Assembly: GCA_965203275.1 (NCBI GenBank)
Contig: OZ241865.1
Span: 12,822-76,821, forward strand
From: Bdellovibrionales bacterium
Lineage (GTDB): Bacteria; Bdellovibrionota; Bdellovibrionia; Bdellovibrionales; JAUICD01
DNA: 64,000 nt
Direction: 5' to 3'
Shown here: piece by piece, positions 26,034 to 35,975 of the stretch
Layout: every line of letters begins with the position of its first letter
How positions within the stretch are numbered: the stretch's first letter is position 1
Notes under the pieces: model-generated
What the model saw: the letters and a program-made list of their open reading frames with translations, nothing else
Told to the model about the DNA's origin: nothing
Databases searched by the model: none
Position numbers and translations under genes: made by a program

Positions 26034-26495
26034 TTATGAATCTTTTTTATCTTTATCAATTTTTTTATATTTTCTTTTCTCTTTTATCTTTGGTATAAAG
26101 TTCTTTATTTTTATTCTTTTCTCTAGCTTTTTACTATCATCCATAATCTTTTTGTTAATTATTTCATTCTGGTCAATTTCATCGCCTTCAATATCACCAT
26201 GCCTTGTCATAAAATCGCCCATAGCGTCTATAAAGCTATCCTTGTCAATATCAATATATCTTGATGCTAAAATGACAGTCAAAAAAAGACTCTCAAATCG
26301 ACCGTGTTTTCTAAAATAATCAAAAGCCTCTTCAACACTCAGTGAAGTATTTCTTGGAGTATCAATAACTCTTTTCATATCTTTATAAATATTCTCAATA
26401 CCATAGCCAGTATGATCACTTAAAAAATTTATAAGACCATCAAGTATTTCAAATAAAAATTTTGCTTTAAGTTGGCTTGTTTCTTTTTTATTCAT
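26034..26495 (-). CDS. Hypothetical protein (acidic core, Lys-rich tail)
   Basis: ORF of 153-157 aa. The second ATG (26495) follows GGAGGG. I recognise no family. Confidence 0.5.
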   Translation of the reverse strand: MNKKETSQLKAKFLFEILDGLINFLSDHTGYGIENIYKDMKRVIDTPRNTSLSVEEAFDYFRKHGRFESLFLTVILASRYIDIDKDSFIDAMGDFMTRHGDIEGDEIDQNEIINKKIMDDSKKLEKRIKIKNFIPKIKEKRKYKKIDKDKKDS

Positions 26496-26698
26496 AAAAC
26501 CCTCCATGTTAGTTTATGTTTCTAAGTTGATTTCTTTTTATAGGATTATTTTTTGAAAAAAGCAAAAAAAAAGATATCCACATCCATAAATCAACTCAAT
26601 ACAAGGCATACAAAGCCGATTCAAAGCATCTTAAACGAATACGAACCTCTCGCTGTCGATATGCTTGACTATCATATCCTTTTTTAAGGCAAGGTGTT

Positions 26699-27583
26699 TA
26701 TCCGGGATCTGGGATCCGGGATCCGGGATCCGGGATCCGGGATCTGGGATCTAGTTCCAGAGTATTGATTGTAATGAATTTTTTCATCTAAAAAATTTCC
26801 TCCTGAGCCCTGGCGGGTTTAAAAAGAACTTTTTCCTTAACATTTCACTCAAAATGAGCCACACCTCTGTTTCCCTAAAATTGAACTAGCCTCTGGCTAC
26901 TTTTGGACAGTTAGCCCGACGGCTCTCGCCGTCGATCAAAGGCTAACTGTCTCAAAAGCCTGTTCAATTTTAGGAAGGAGGATGTCCTCATTTCTTAACA
27001 CAATGTTAAGGAAAAAGATTTCCTTCTGACATTTGCTCTGACAGCTATCGCTGTCTAAAAAGAGCAATGCCTCAAAAATCTGCTCATTTTGAGTAGAGCG
27101 GATCTCCTTGCTTCTGACACCATGTTAAGGAAACAAGATATGCCTCTAAAATCTTTTTGGGAAGCAAGCGGGTTGCAATAAATGAACTTTTTCCTTAACA
27201 CCGTGTAAAGAGAGGAGAGGATCCTCCCTACTCAAAGTGAACAGGCTTTTGAGGCAATGACCATTTTGCCAATGGCGAAAGCCATTGCGGTCATTGCCCA
27301 AAAGTGACCAGAGGTCAGTTCACTTTGAGTGAAACAGAGGCTGGTTTACTTTTAGTGAAACAACCCGGGATCTGGCAACCGGCATCAGGTCCTAAAACTG
27401 AACTGTTTCCTTAACATGGAGTTAAGGGACGAAGGGATCCTCCTTACTAAAAGTAAACGGACTTTTGAGGTAGCCAGCCTTTGATCGACGGCGGTAGCCG
27501 TCGGGCTGGCTACCCAAAAGTGACCAGAGGTCAGTTTACTTTTAGGGAAACAGCCCACTTTTAGTGAAACTTAGTGAACCAAC
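26699..27583. repeat. Family-A repeat cluster: heptamer array (26699-26752), 3 complete and 1 partial unit, an inverted dimer and arm fragments abutting the gyrA stop
   Basis: Units at about 26872-27015 (+), 27020-27135 (+, lacks left arm), 27185-27335 (-) and 27405-27550 (-). The connector at 27136-27184 is homologous to those at 10551-10600, 23436-23490 and 57436-57485. Confidence 0.9.
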
Positions 27584-30037
27584 TCACTTTGAATGAAAGT
27601 CTTCTTCTAAAATCAAGGCAAAGTTGGCTACAGATTGTCCACTTTTGAGATTAATAAGACGTACACCTTGAGCATTCCTGCCTATTGTAGAAATTTGCTC
27701 TGTTTTGAGACGAATCAATTGACCTTTATTGGTGATCAACATGAGATCATCATGTTTGCCAACACTGGCTGTACCTATAACAGAACCCACTTTATCTGTG
27801 ACCTTTTGAGTGATAATACCTGTTCCACCTCGCCTTTGAGTCCTATATTGATCTGCAAAGGTTTTTTTGCCATAGCCTTTTTCTGTGACCATCATGATAA
27901 TTTGCTTTTCTTCCTTACTAATATTTTCTTTTGGCTTTTCAAGGATTTCTATGCCCACAACTTGATCATCTTTTGCTAAAGCTATACCTTTGACACCTCT
28001 AGCAGTTCGCCCCATTGGCCTGACTTGATCTTCATTAAAACGAATGGACTTACCCTGTGATGTGGCAACAAAAATATCATTTTGACCAGAACTCAATTTA
28101 GCCCCTACAAGATGATCATTTAAGTCAATCGTCAAAGCAATGATGCCTGAAGGTCTTGGTTTTGAAAAAGCAGACAGTGGTGTTTTTTTAATGATGCCTT
28201 TTCCAGTAATTAAAACAACATGGCTATTCTCTTTAAACTCATCGACTGGTAAAATAGCCATCACCTTTTCTTGAGCAGATAAATTAATTAAATTAGCTAT
28301 AGCTTTCCCTTTAGAAGTTCTAAGCCCTTGAGGTAATTTATAAACCTTTAACCAATAGATTCGACCCTTGTTGGTAAACACCAATAAGGTTGTAAAGGTA
28401 TTGACAGCAAATATATTGCACACAAAATCTTCTTCTCTGGTACCTGCTCCTTTGATACCTCGACCCCCTCTATGTTGTGTTTTATAAGTTGAGCTGGGGA
28501 TACGCTTAATATAATTTGTGTGAGTTATTGTCACAATCACATCTTCTTTAGCAATGAGGTCTTCGTCTTCAAGATCTTCTTGCCTCTCCTCAATCACAGT
28601 TTGTCTTTTGTCGCCGTATCTTTCTTTAATAGCTATGAGTTCCTTTTTAATGATTTGATAAATCTTTTTAATATCACTTAACACCTCTTTAAGCCATTGA
28701 ATTTTCTTTTCTAACTCTTTGATTTCATTAAGGATTTTTTCTCTTTCAAGACCAGTTAAACGTGCTAACCTCATATCTAAAATGGCTTGAGTTTGTACTG
28801 GAGTAAAATCAAATTTTTTCATTAAGGTAGCCTTTGCTACAGAAGGCTCTCGGCTTTTTCGAATCACTTCAACCACTTGATCAATATGATCCAAAGCCTT
28901 TTTCAAACCTTGCAAAATATGAATGCGACTTTCTGCTTTTTGCAAGTCAAAAATACAGCGTTTGGTCACCACATCTTTTCTGTGTTCAATAAAAGCTTTT
29001 AGACAAGATTTGAGATCAAAAACTTTTGGTTGGCTCCCTTTATCTAAAGCTAACATAATCATAGAGAAACGAATTTGCATCTGTGTGTATTTATAAAGAC
29101 GATTTAATATAACTCCACTATTTTCACCCTTTTTAATGTCTAAAACAATTCGCATGCCGGCTTTTGAAGACTCATCTCGAATATCAGAAATACCTTCAAT
29201 CTTTCTCTCTTTGACAAGATCAGCAATGGATTCAATAAGGCGAGCTTTATTGACTTGATAAGGGATTTCTTTGACAATGATCGCCTCCCTATCACCTTTT
29301 TTGCTTTCAATATCCACAACTGATTTGATGGTGACGCCACCTCTGCCAGTTTTGTAGGCTGATATAATGCCATCCCTTCCTGAAATCACACCATGAGAAG
29401 GGAAATCAGGACCAGGGATAATTTTAATTAAAGAATCAATAGAACAATCAGGCTGGTCAATCAAGTGGATACAACCATTAATGACTTCTACGAGATTGTG
29501 GGGTGGAATATTAGTGGCCATACCTACAGCAATACCTGAAGATCCATTGATCAAAAGATTAGGGATCTTAGCAGGTAACACAGAAGGGATCTCTAGTGAA
29601 TCATCATAGTTAGGGTAAAAATCTACTGTATTTTTTTGAATATCTTCTAGCAACTCTTCTGCTAGTTGAGTCATGCGAACTTCTGTATACCTCATAGCAG
29701 CAGGGCTATCTCCATCAATGGAACCAAAATTACCTTGTCCATCTATTAGAGGGTATCTTAAAGAAAAACTTTGTGCCATTCTCACGATACTATCATAGAC
29801 AGCAACATCGCCATGAGGATGATACTTACCAATCACATCACCTACCACACGGGCTGATTTTTTATAAGGTTTATTATGTACATTGTTCATTTCGTGCTGT
29901 GCAAATAAGATGCGACGATGAACTGGCTTAAGCCCATCTCGCACATCTGGTAAGGCTCTGCCCACAATCACACTCATGGAGTATTGCAGGTAAGCGTCTT
30001 TCATTTCGAGTTCAATATCGACTTGTTGAGGCTTCAT
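27584..30037 (-). CDS. gyrA: DNA gyrase subunit A
   Basis: 817 aa with YSMSVIVGRALPDVRDGLKPVHRRIL, active-site region AAMRYTEVRM, the GyrA box QHRGGRGIKG and C-terminal beta-pinwheel repeats. Confidence 0.97.
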   Translation of the reverse strand: MKPQQVDIELEMKDAYLQYSMSVIVGRALPDVRDGLKPVHRRILFAQHEMNNVHNKPYKKSARVVGDVIGKYHPHGDVAVYDSIVRMAQSFSLRYPLIDGQGNFGSIDGDSPAAMRYTEVRMTQLAEELLEDIQKNTVDFYPNYDDSLEIPSVLPAKIPNLLINGSSGIAVGMATNIPPHNLVEVINGCIHLIDQPDCSIDSLIKIIPGPDFPSHGVISGRDGIISAYKTGRGGVTIKSVVDIESKKGDREAIIVKEIPYQVNKARLIESIADLVKERKIEGISDIRDESSKAGMRIVLDIKKGENSGVILNRLYKYTQMQIRFSMIMLALDKGSQPKVFDLKSCLKAFIEHRKDVVTKRCIFDLQKAESRIHILQGLKKALDHIDQVVEVIRKSREPSVAKATLMKKFDFTPVQTQAILDMRLARLTGLEREKILNEIKELEKKIQWLKEVLSDIKKIYQIIKKELIAIKERYGDKRQTVIEERQEDLEDEDLIAKEDVIVTITHTNYIKRIPSSTYKTQHRGGRGIKGAGTREEDFVCNIFAVNTFTTLLVFTNKGRIYWLKVYKLPQGLRTSKGKAIANLINLSAQEKVMAILPVDEFKENSHVVLITGKGIIKKTPLSAFSKPRPSGIIALTIDLNDHLVGAKLSSGQNDIFVATSQGKSIRFNEDQVRPMGRTARGVKGIALAKDDQVVGIEILEKPKENISKEEKQIIMMVTEKGYGKKTFADQYRTQRRGGTGIITQKVTDKVGSVIGTASVGKHDDLMLITNKGQLIRLKTEQISTIGRNAQGVRLINLKSGQSVANFALILEEDFHSK

Positions 30038-30223
30038 TATAGGTTCCCTTTTTTGTTTTGTTGATGACTATTGAATTAACTATTGAAAGGATTATGATAA
30101 AACAAATAGATATCATTAATCAAGTTATTTTTTAGAGCTTGCTACTGCATTATTTATTCACCTAATTTCTTACACAAATGCATTTATTTTCTTAAAAGCA
30201 TAGATATATTATTTCTTAAATAA

Positions 30224-31486
30224 TTATGTTGATTTTCGTTCAATGGCTCGGTCCATAGACTCAGGAGACATACCAAATATGTCAAAGTAAGTATCCTGAT
30301 CCTTTGATCCTGAAGCATTATATGCTTGAATGATCTGATCGGATAATTGAGTAAAGGCTTGAGCAGCTGTATCTAAATCTCTTTTTGTATGGGTTGCAAT
30401 AACAGAACATCGAATAAGTGCTTGACCCCTAGGAACTGCTGGATACATGACAGGGGTTGTAAAGACACCTATATCTAAAAGCTTTTGGCAAATGATAAGA
30501 GTGGCCTGATCGTCCCCTATTAATATAGGAATGATACTTGTCTGAGAATCAACTATGTCTAGTTTTGCTTGCTTGAGTTGATCTCTTAAATACTTTGCAT
30601 TAGCTCTTTGTTGGTTGATTCTTTCGGGTTCTGCCCTCAAAATATTCAAGGCTGTGTTAGCTGCTGCTGTATTTGCAGGTGAAAGCCCTGCCGAAAACAT
30701 AAAACTACGCGATCTATGTTTAATCCATTCAATAGTCTCATGGCTACTGCAAATGTAACCTCCCTGGGTAGCTAGTGACTTAGAAAAAGTTCCCATAATA
30801 ATATCAGGACACAAGCTATAATGACTGCTAGTCCCTCGACCTTCTTTGCCAATAACTCCCAATCCATGAGCATCATCTAAATAAATTTTAGCATTGTATT
30901 GTTCAGCTAAATCAGTCATTTTGTCTAAAGGAACAATATCTCCTTTCATAGAAAATACACCATCTGTAATAATGAGTTTGTCTTTTTTGTGAGAAGTTTT
31001 AAGCTTTTCTTCCAGATTGTTCATGTCTGAATGCTTGTAAACATGTACTTGAGCTTTTGTCAGTTTACAGCCTTCAATAATACAGGCATGGTTTTCTTCA
31101 TCACTAAATATATCAGTGTTTTCATCTGTGAAAGAGGCTATGGCTAAATTAGCCATAAAGCCTGCTGCATAAACTAAACAAGAGTCATAAGCTAAAAAAT
31201 CAGCAAGATTTTCTTCCAACTCCTCATGCAACAAAAGATTGCCATTTAAAAATCGCGACCCTGTACAACCTACTCCCCACTTTTTAATTGCATCAATAGC
31301 AGCTTGCATGACCCTAGGGTCATGGGTTAAGCCTAAATAATTATTGGATCCCATCATCACAAGCTTTTTGTTATTATGAATGACATGATCACTACGACTG
31401 TCTTCTAAGATTCTAAAGTAAGGATAAATCTTTTTACTTTTCAAGAGTTTTATAAGCCGTAAGCCATGCTTTTTAGAATCAAGCAT
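30224..31486 (-). CDS. PLP-dependent alpha-oxoamine synthase (serine palmitoyltransferase-like / BioF-KBL family)
   Basis: PLP-lysine motif GTFSKSLATQGGY plus DDAHGLG and SNNYLGL. Start set at ATG 31486 after AAGGAG. The tracked GTG at 31513 lies inside a repeat arm. Confidence 0.85.
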   Translation of the reverse strand: MLDSKKHGLRLIKLLKSKKIYPYFRILEDSRSDHVIHNNKKLVMMGSNNYLGLTHDPRVMQAAIDAIKKWGVGCTGSRFLNGNLLLHEELEENLADFLAYDSCLVYAAGFMANLAIASFTDENTDIFSDEENHACIIEGCKLTKAQVHVYKHSDMNNLEEKLKTSHKKDKLIITDGVFSMKGDIVPLDKMTDLAEQYNAKIYLDDAHGLGVIGKEGRGTSSHYSLCPDIIMGTFSKSLATQGGYICSSHETIEWIKHRSRSFMFSAGLSPANTAAANTALNILRAEPERINQQRANAKYLRDQLKQAKLDIVDSQTSIIPILIGDDQATLIICQKLLDIGVFTTPVMYPAVPRGQALIRCSVIATHTKRDLDTAAQAFTQLSDQIIQAYNASGSKDQDTYFDIFGMSPESMDRAIERKST

Positions 31487-31504
31487 ATTTTTTCTCCTTT
31501 TGGT

Positions 31505-32480
31505 TTTTTTCACTAAAAGTAAACTGACCTCTGGTCACTTTTGGGTAGCCAGCCCGACGGCTATCGCCGTCGATCAAAGGCTGGCTACCTCAAAAGTCCG
31601 TTTACTTTTAGTAGGGAGGATCCCTTCGTTTCTTAACCACATGTTAAGGAAAAAGTTCCTTCTAACACCTTTTCCTTCTGATGCCGGATTGCCGGATCCC
31701 GGATGCCAGATCCCAGAAAAAGTATCCCTTCATTTCTTTATACCATGTTGAGGAAATAAGGCATTCGTTTTTTTGTTTTTTTTACTCTCTTTTAGATTCT
31801 GCGTAATTTTCAAAAAAGCATGAATATTATGAGTGGGAGGCGGGGGTAGGCTGGAGGGGTTGTTTCACTAAAAGTGGTCTATTTCACTCAAAATGAGCCA
31901 CACCTCTGGTGTGTTTTTGGGCATTGCTCTGACAGCTTACGCTGTCTAAAAAGAGCAATACCACAAAAAACTGCTCATTTTTAGTAGGGAGGATCCCTTC
32001 GTCCCTTAACTCCATGTTAAGGAAAAAGTTCCTTCATCACCGCTGGCAACCTAGAAAGCCTGTTCACTTTGAGTAAGGAGGATCTTTTCGTCTCTTAACT
32101 ACATGTTAAGGAAAAAGAATTCCTTCTTTTTCACTAAAAGTGGTCTAGCCTCTGTTTCACTCAAAGTGAACTGACCTCTGGTCACTTTCTGGTTGCCAGC
32201 CGAAGGCTATTCGCCTTCTCAAATGCTGGCAACCTAGAAAGCTTGACCACTTTTAGTAGGAAGGATCCCTTCGTTTCTTAACCACATGTTAAGGAAAAAG
32301 TTCCTTCTTTTTCACTAAAAGTAAACTGACCTCTGGTCACTTTTGGGTAGCCAGCCCGACGGCGACAGCCGTCGGGCTAACTGCCAGAAAACATGCCAGA
32401 GGCATGATTTATTTTTAGTGAAAAAAACAATCGAAGGGTGGCGGGTGGGGTTAGGGAGTTAGTTGTTTCACTAAAAATAA
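31505..32480 (+). repeat. Family-A repeat cluster: 3 complete units, partial units, a heptamer tract, two G-rich modules and one apex-symmetric variant
   Basis: Units at about 31508-31655, 31880-32025 and 32155-32300. Partial unit at 32030-32115. Symmetric variant at 32308-32420. G-rich tracts at 31835-31859 and 32436-32456. Confidence 0.9.
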
Positions 32481-32739
32481 CCCAACCCATTTTAAAATCT
32501 ATTTTAGAATTTCATCATAGATAGGTGAATAAAGTCAAGATAAGAATAAGCATATTTTTATCAAATAACACAAAAAATAAGATAAATTTCAAAAAATGGC
32601 TTTATAGATGTTCTAAGATTTGATTTTATTTAGTAATTATTTTTTACGACAACCATAATATTTAGAGAACTCTTTTGTCAATGGTCAATAAAGTCAATAA
32701 ATAAACAATAAAATGTTAATGAGAAACTTATAATACTTT

Positions 32740-34863
32740 CTAAAATGTTTTAAAATTCCAAATAGATTCATAAGCTTTATGTATCTGATCTAACTTCCAA
32801 CAAATATGATGATTGGCAATCACATCTCCTCCTGTTTGACCTATGACTTGAGCTTTACAGTTATGTCCATTGAATTGCTCTAAAATATTCTCTTTATGCT
32901 GAAGATCTACAACTAGAATCACTTGGTAGAGCTGATCAGAAAATAAATTAGGAATATCTTCAAATAATTTTATGCCTACACAAGCTTCTTGAATAATATC
33001 TTCACAGCAACACATTTTACACAGACTGTACCCTAGCCCCCATCGACTCACAATATGGGAAGCTAGTACTTTTTGAGTCGAACATAAATCTTGCAAAGCA
33101 ACAATCCATTGAGCTAAGAGGTGATGTGTTGCATTTTGAGGAGAAATATCGTATGAAAACTCTAAAAGCAAAACATCTTGTCCTTCTTGCATAATATAGT
33201 CTTTTGGAATTGCTAAGGTGCTTTCTTTCAAGCCTACCATGCCAATGGCAGGAGTTGGTAATATATTATGACTTTGAAACTCATTATAAAAACTTACATT
33301 GCCAGAAACAATAGGTGTCTGTAAAACCTTACAAGCTACATTCATCCCATCAATAGTATCCACAAATTGAGTCATTATTTTTTTATTTTCTGGATTGCCA
33401 AAATTCAAGCAATTCGTCACAGCTAGAGGTTGGAAGCCTTTAATAGCAAGTTTTATAGCAGGATAAAAGATAGCATCATGCCCTCCTAAAAAGGCATTTT
33501 GTTGCATGAGGTGAGGACGACCTCCCAACACCACTGCTAAGTCTCTTTGGCTTTCTGGTAGTTTCAATACACCTATACTCCAGCTACAATCTTTGTAAGT
33601 GTTTGCCCCCACCCTTTGATCATACTGCTGGAAAATCCAACGCCGAGAACGTCCTCGAATATCAGAAAGCTTTTTGAAAATATCTTGATCATCTTTTGAT
33701 AGTGGCTGTGGAAAAATACATTGTGTATGATCCCTTTGGCTATGAGGTCTGTCGTATTCAGGGGCATCTTTTACTAAAATGTCAGGATCTATTTGAGCAA
33801 TTTGTTGATGGTGCCAGTAAAGTGTAATGCTTTTTTCTTTAGTTGTATGTCCTATTTGTTGGGCTTCTAAACCCCATCGAGCAAAAATCTTTTGTAGTTT
33901 TGAGAAATTTTCAGATCGGCATAAAATTAACATACGTTCTTGGCTTTCTGATAAAAGAATATCTTCTGGTGTGAGATTGGCATCTCTTAAAGGTACTTGA
34001 TCTAAAAAAAGTTTCATCCCTATTTGAGATTTAGAAGCCATTTCAAAGCTGGAGCTTGTTAAACCAGAAGCCCCCATATCTTGAATTGCTTCTACAAGAT
34101 GAGCCTTCATAACTTCTAAGCAAGATTCAATTAATAATTTTTCAAAAAAGGGATCTCCTATTTGCACAGTGGGTTTATTGTCAATATTTTTATCTGAAGG
34201 TTGACTAGCCATACTAGCACCATGGATGCCATCTCGACCTGTCTTAGCTCCTACGTAAACGATAAGGCTATTGGTATTGTCTGTATGAGATAAAAAAACT
34301 TGATCTTGCTTTCCAAAATACCCCAAAGCTAAAGCATTCATCACAATATTGTGATTGTAGCCAGGGTCAAACTCTGTCTGACCTGTGAGCATGGGGACAC
34401 CTACACAATTACCATAATCAGCTATACCTTCTACCACTCCTTGAAGTAGTTTTTTTGTATGGGCAGAAAGAGGGTATCCAAAACAAAGGTAATTGGCAAG
34501 GGCTATGGGCCTTGCTCCCATTGTAAAAATATCTCTTAAAATACCGCCCACACCCGTAGCAGCTCCTTGATAGGGTTCAATCAGGCTTGGATGGTTATGA
34601 CTTTCTATTTTAAAGGCAATCCTTTCGCCTTGTCCTAGATCTACAACCCCAGCATTTTCACCCGCTCCATGTAAAACCCTTTTATGTTGAGAAAAAAGTT
34701 TTTTAAGATGTTTTTTAGAGCTTTTATAGCTACAATGTTCACTCCAAAGAGCAGAGAAAATAGCCCACTCCACCCCTTCTAATGGTCTTTTAAGTTTTTG
34801 ACAGATGAGATCATATTCTGTTGGAGATAGACCATAATGTTTAAGCTTATCTTCTAAAAGCAT
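32740..34863 (-). CDS. purL: Phosphoribosylformylglycinamidine synthase subunit PurL (FGAM synthase II)
   Basis: EWAIFSALWSEHCSYKSS, GAGENAGVVDL, ESHNHPS and DMGASGL motifs. Start taken at MLLEDKL (34863), overlapping the purQ stop; the ORF is open to 34899. Confidence 0.93.
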   Translation of the reverse strand: MLLEDKLKHYGLSPTEYDLICQKLKRPLEGVEWAIFSALWSEHCSYKSSKKHLKKLFSQHKRVLHGAGENAGVVDLGQGERIAFKIESHNHPSLIEPYQGAATGVGGILRDIFTMGARPIALANYLCFGYPLSAHTKKLLQGVVEGIADYGNCVGVPMLTGQTEFDPGYNHNIVMNALALGYFGKQDQVFLSHTDNTNSLIVYVGAKTGRDGIHGASMASQPSDKNIDNKPTVQIGDPFFEKLLIESCLEVMKAHLVEAIQDMGASGLTSSSFEMASKSQIGMKLFLDQVPLRDANLTPEDILLSESQERMLILCRSENFSKLQKIFARWGLEAQQIGHTTKEKSITLYWHHQQIAQIDPDILVKDAPEYDRPHSQRDHTQCIFPQPLSKDDQDIFKKLSDIRGRSRRWIFQQYDQRVGANTYKDCSWSIGVLKLPESQRDLAVVLGGRPHLMQQNAFLGGHDAIFYPAIKLAIKGFQPLAVTNCLNFGNPENKKIMTQFVDTIDGMNVACKVLQTPIVSGNVSFYNEFQSHNILPTPAIGMVGLKESTLAIPKDYIMQEGQDVLLLEFSYDISPQNATHHLLAQWIVALQDLCSTQKVLASHIVSRWGLGYSLCKMCCCEDIIQEACVGIKLFEDIPNLFSDQLYQVILVVDLQHKENILEQFNGHNCKAQVIGQTGGDVIANHHICWKLDQIHKAYESIWNFKTF

Positions 34864-35492
34864 TGTAAAACCTTTCTTCCATCTTGACACCCCATCCAAG
34901 AAAATATAGCCCTTTCAGGGTGAGGCATCAAGGCTGCTACATTTTTAGTTTTGTTAAAAATACCTGCAATGCTTTTAACAGAGCCATTGGGATTGTTTGT
35001 ATATTGAAGCCAAATTTGTTCTTTGTCTTCCATAGACTTGAGTAAATCTACTGGAGCAAAGTACCGTCCTTCTTTGTGTGCGATAGGTAAAAAAATCTTG
35101 GTAGAAATAGTCCAGTAAGATGTCTTAGAGAAAGGCTTAAGTGCCGTCCATTGATCAATGAATTTGTGATGGATGTTAGGAAGTAAAACACCTGGGAGTA
35201 ATCCAGATTCGCATAAAATTTGAAAACCATTGCAGATGCCTAAAATGGGTTTTTGTTTCTGAGAAGCTAGAACAAGGTCTTTAATAGCAGGACTCATAGA
35301 GGCTAATACACCAGCTCTTAAATAATCTCCAAAGCTAAACCCTCCTGGTACCACAAAACCATCAAATGCTTGAGCATTGAATCGATCTCTATGCCAAAGC
35401 CAATGAGGTTGGTATGAAAGTGTTTTTAAAGCACGAAATACATCAAAATCGCAGTTTGTACCAGGAAATCTCAGCACACCTATTTTCTTCAT
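34854..35492 (-). CDS. purQ: Phosphoribosylformylglycinamidine synthase subunit PurQ (glutaminase)
   Basis: MKKIGVLRFPGTNCD, catalytic GICNGFQIL and C-terminal MPHPER. Confidence 0.93.
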   Translation of the reverse strand: MKKIGVLRFPGTNCDFDVFRALKTLSYQPHWLWHRDRFNAQAFDGFVVPGGFSFGDYLRAGVLASMSPAIKDLVLASQKQKPILGICNGFQILCESGLLPGVLLPNIHHKFIDQWTALKPFSKTSYWTISTKIFLPIAHKEGRYFAPVDLLKSMEDKEQIWLQYTNNPNGSVKSIAGIFNKTKNVAALMPHPERAIFSWMGCQDGRKVLQCF

Positions 35493-35975
35493 GCTGTCAC
35501 CTTCATTATTTTCATCATTGCCAGCAAACTCCTATTAATTTCTGTGGATGGTTCTGTGAATGGATTTGTTCAGAAATATAATTTGATACTGAAAAAATAG
35601 CAATTATTACATCTTTGAGTGACAAAGAATGTCTCATTTATTGACAGTTTTTGTCATTTTTTCATGGTTTTTTCTTCATACACCTCTATTCAACAAATTA
35701 TTTTAAAAAGCCTTTAAAATATTTATGTATACTTTTCCACCCCTTGAATGTCATCTAATATTTTTAAAAAATAAAGTTATTTCAATATGTTATAAAAATA
35801 TCATCATCCATTTTATATTTGCATATAAGGCTTAAATGAAAAATATAAATTTTATTCTGACAAATAACAAAAGATGGCTTTAGATTTGCACATATTTTTA
35901 GCGATTCATATAATTTTATGAATTTAGAGGAGTTTAAAGACTAAAAGACTAATTAATAAAAAGAAGGAGTTTAAA

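Noticed and set aside
35493-35975. Looked for purS upstream of purQ-purL.
   Set aside because: No ORF of 60 aa or more on the minus strand in this 480-bp AT-rich spacer. purS is presumably elsewhere, so this is not evidence of anything unusual by itself.
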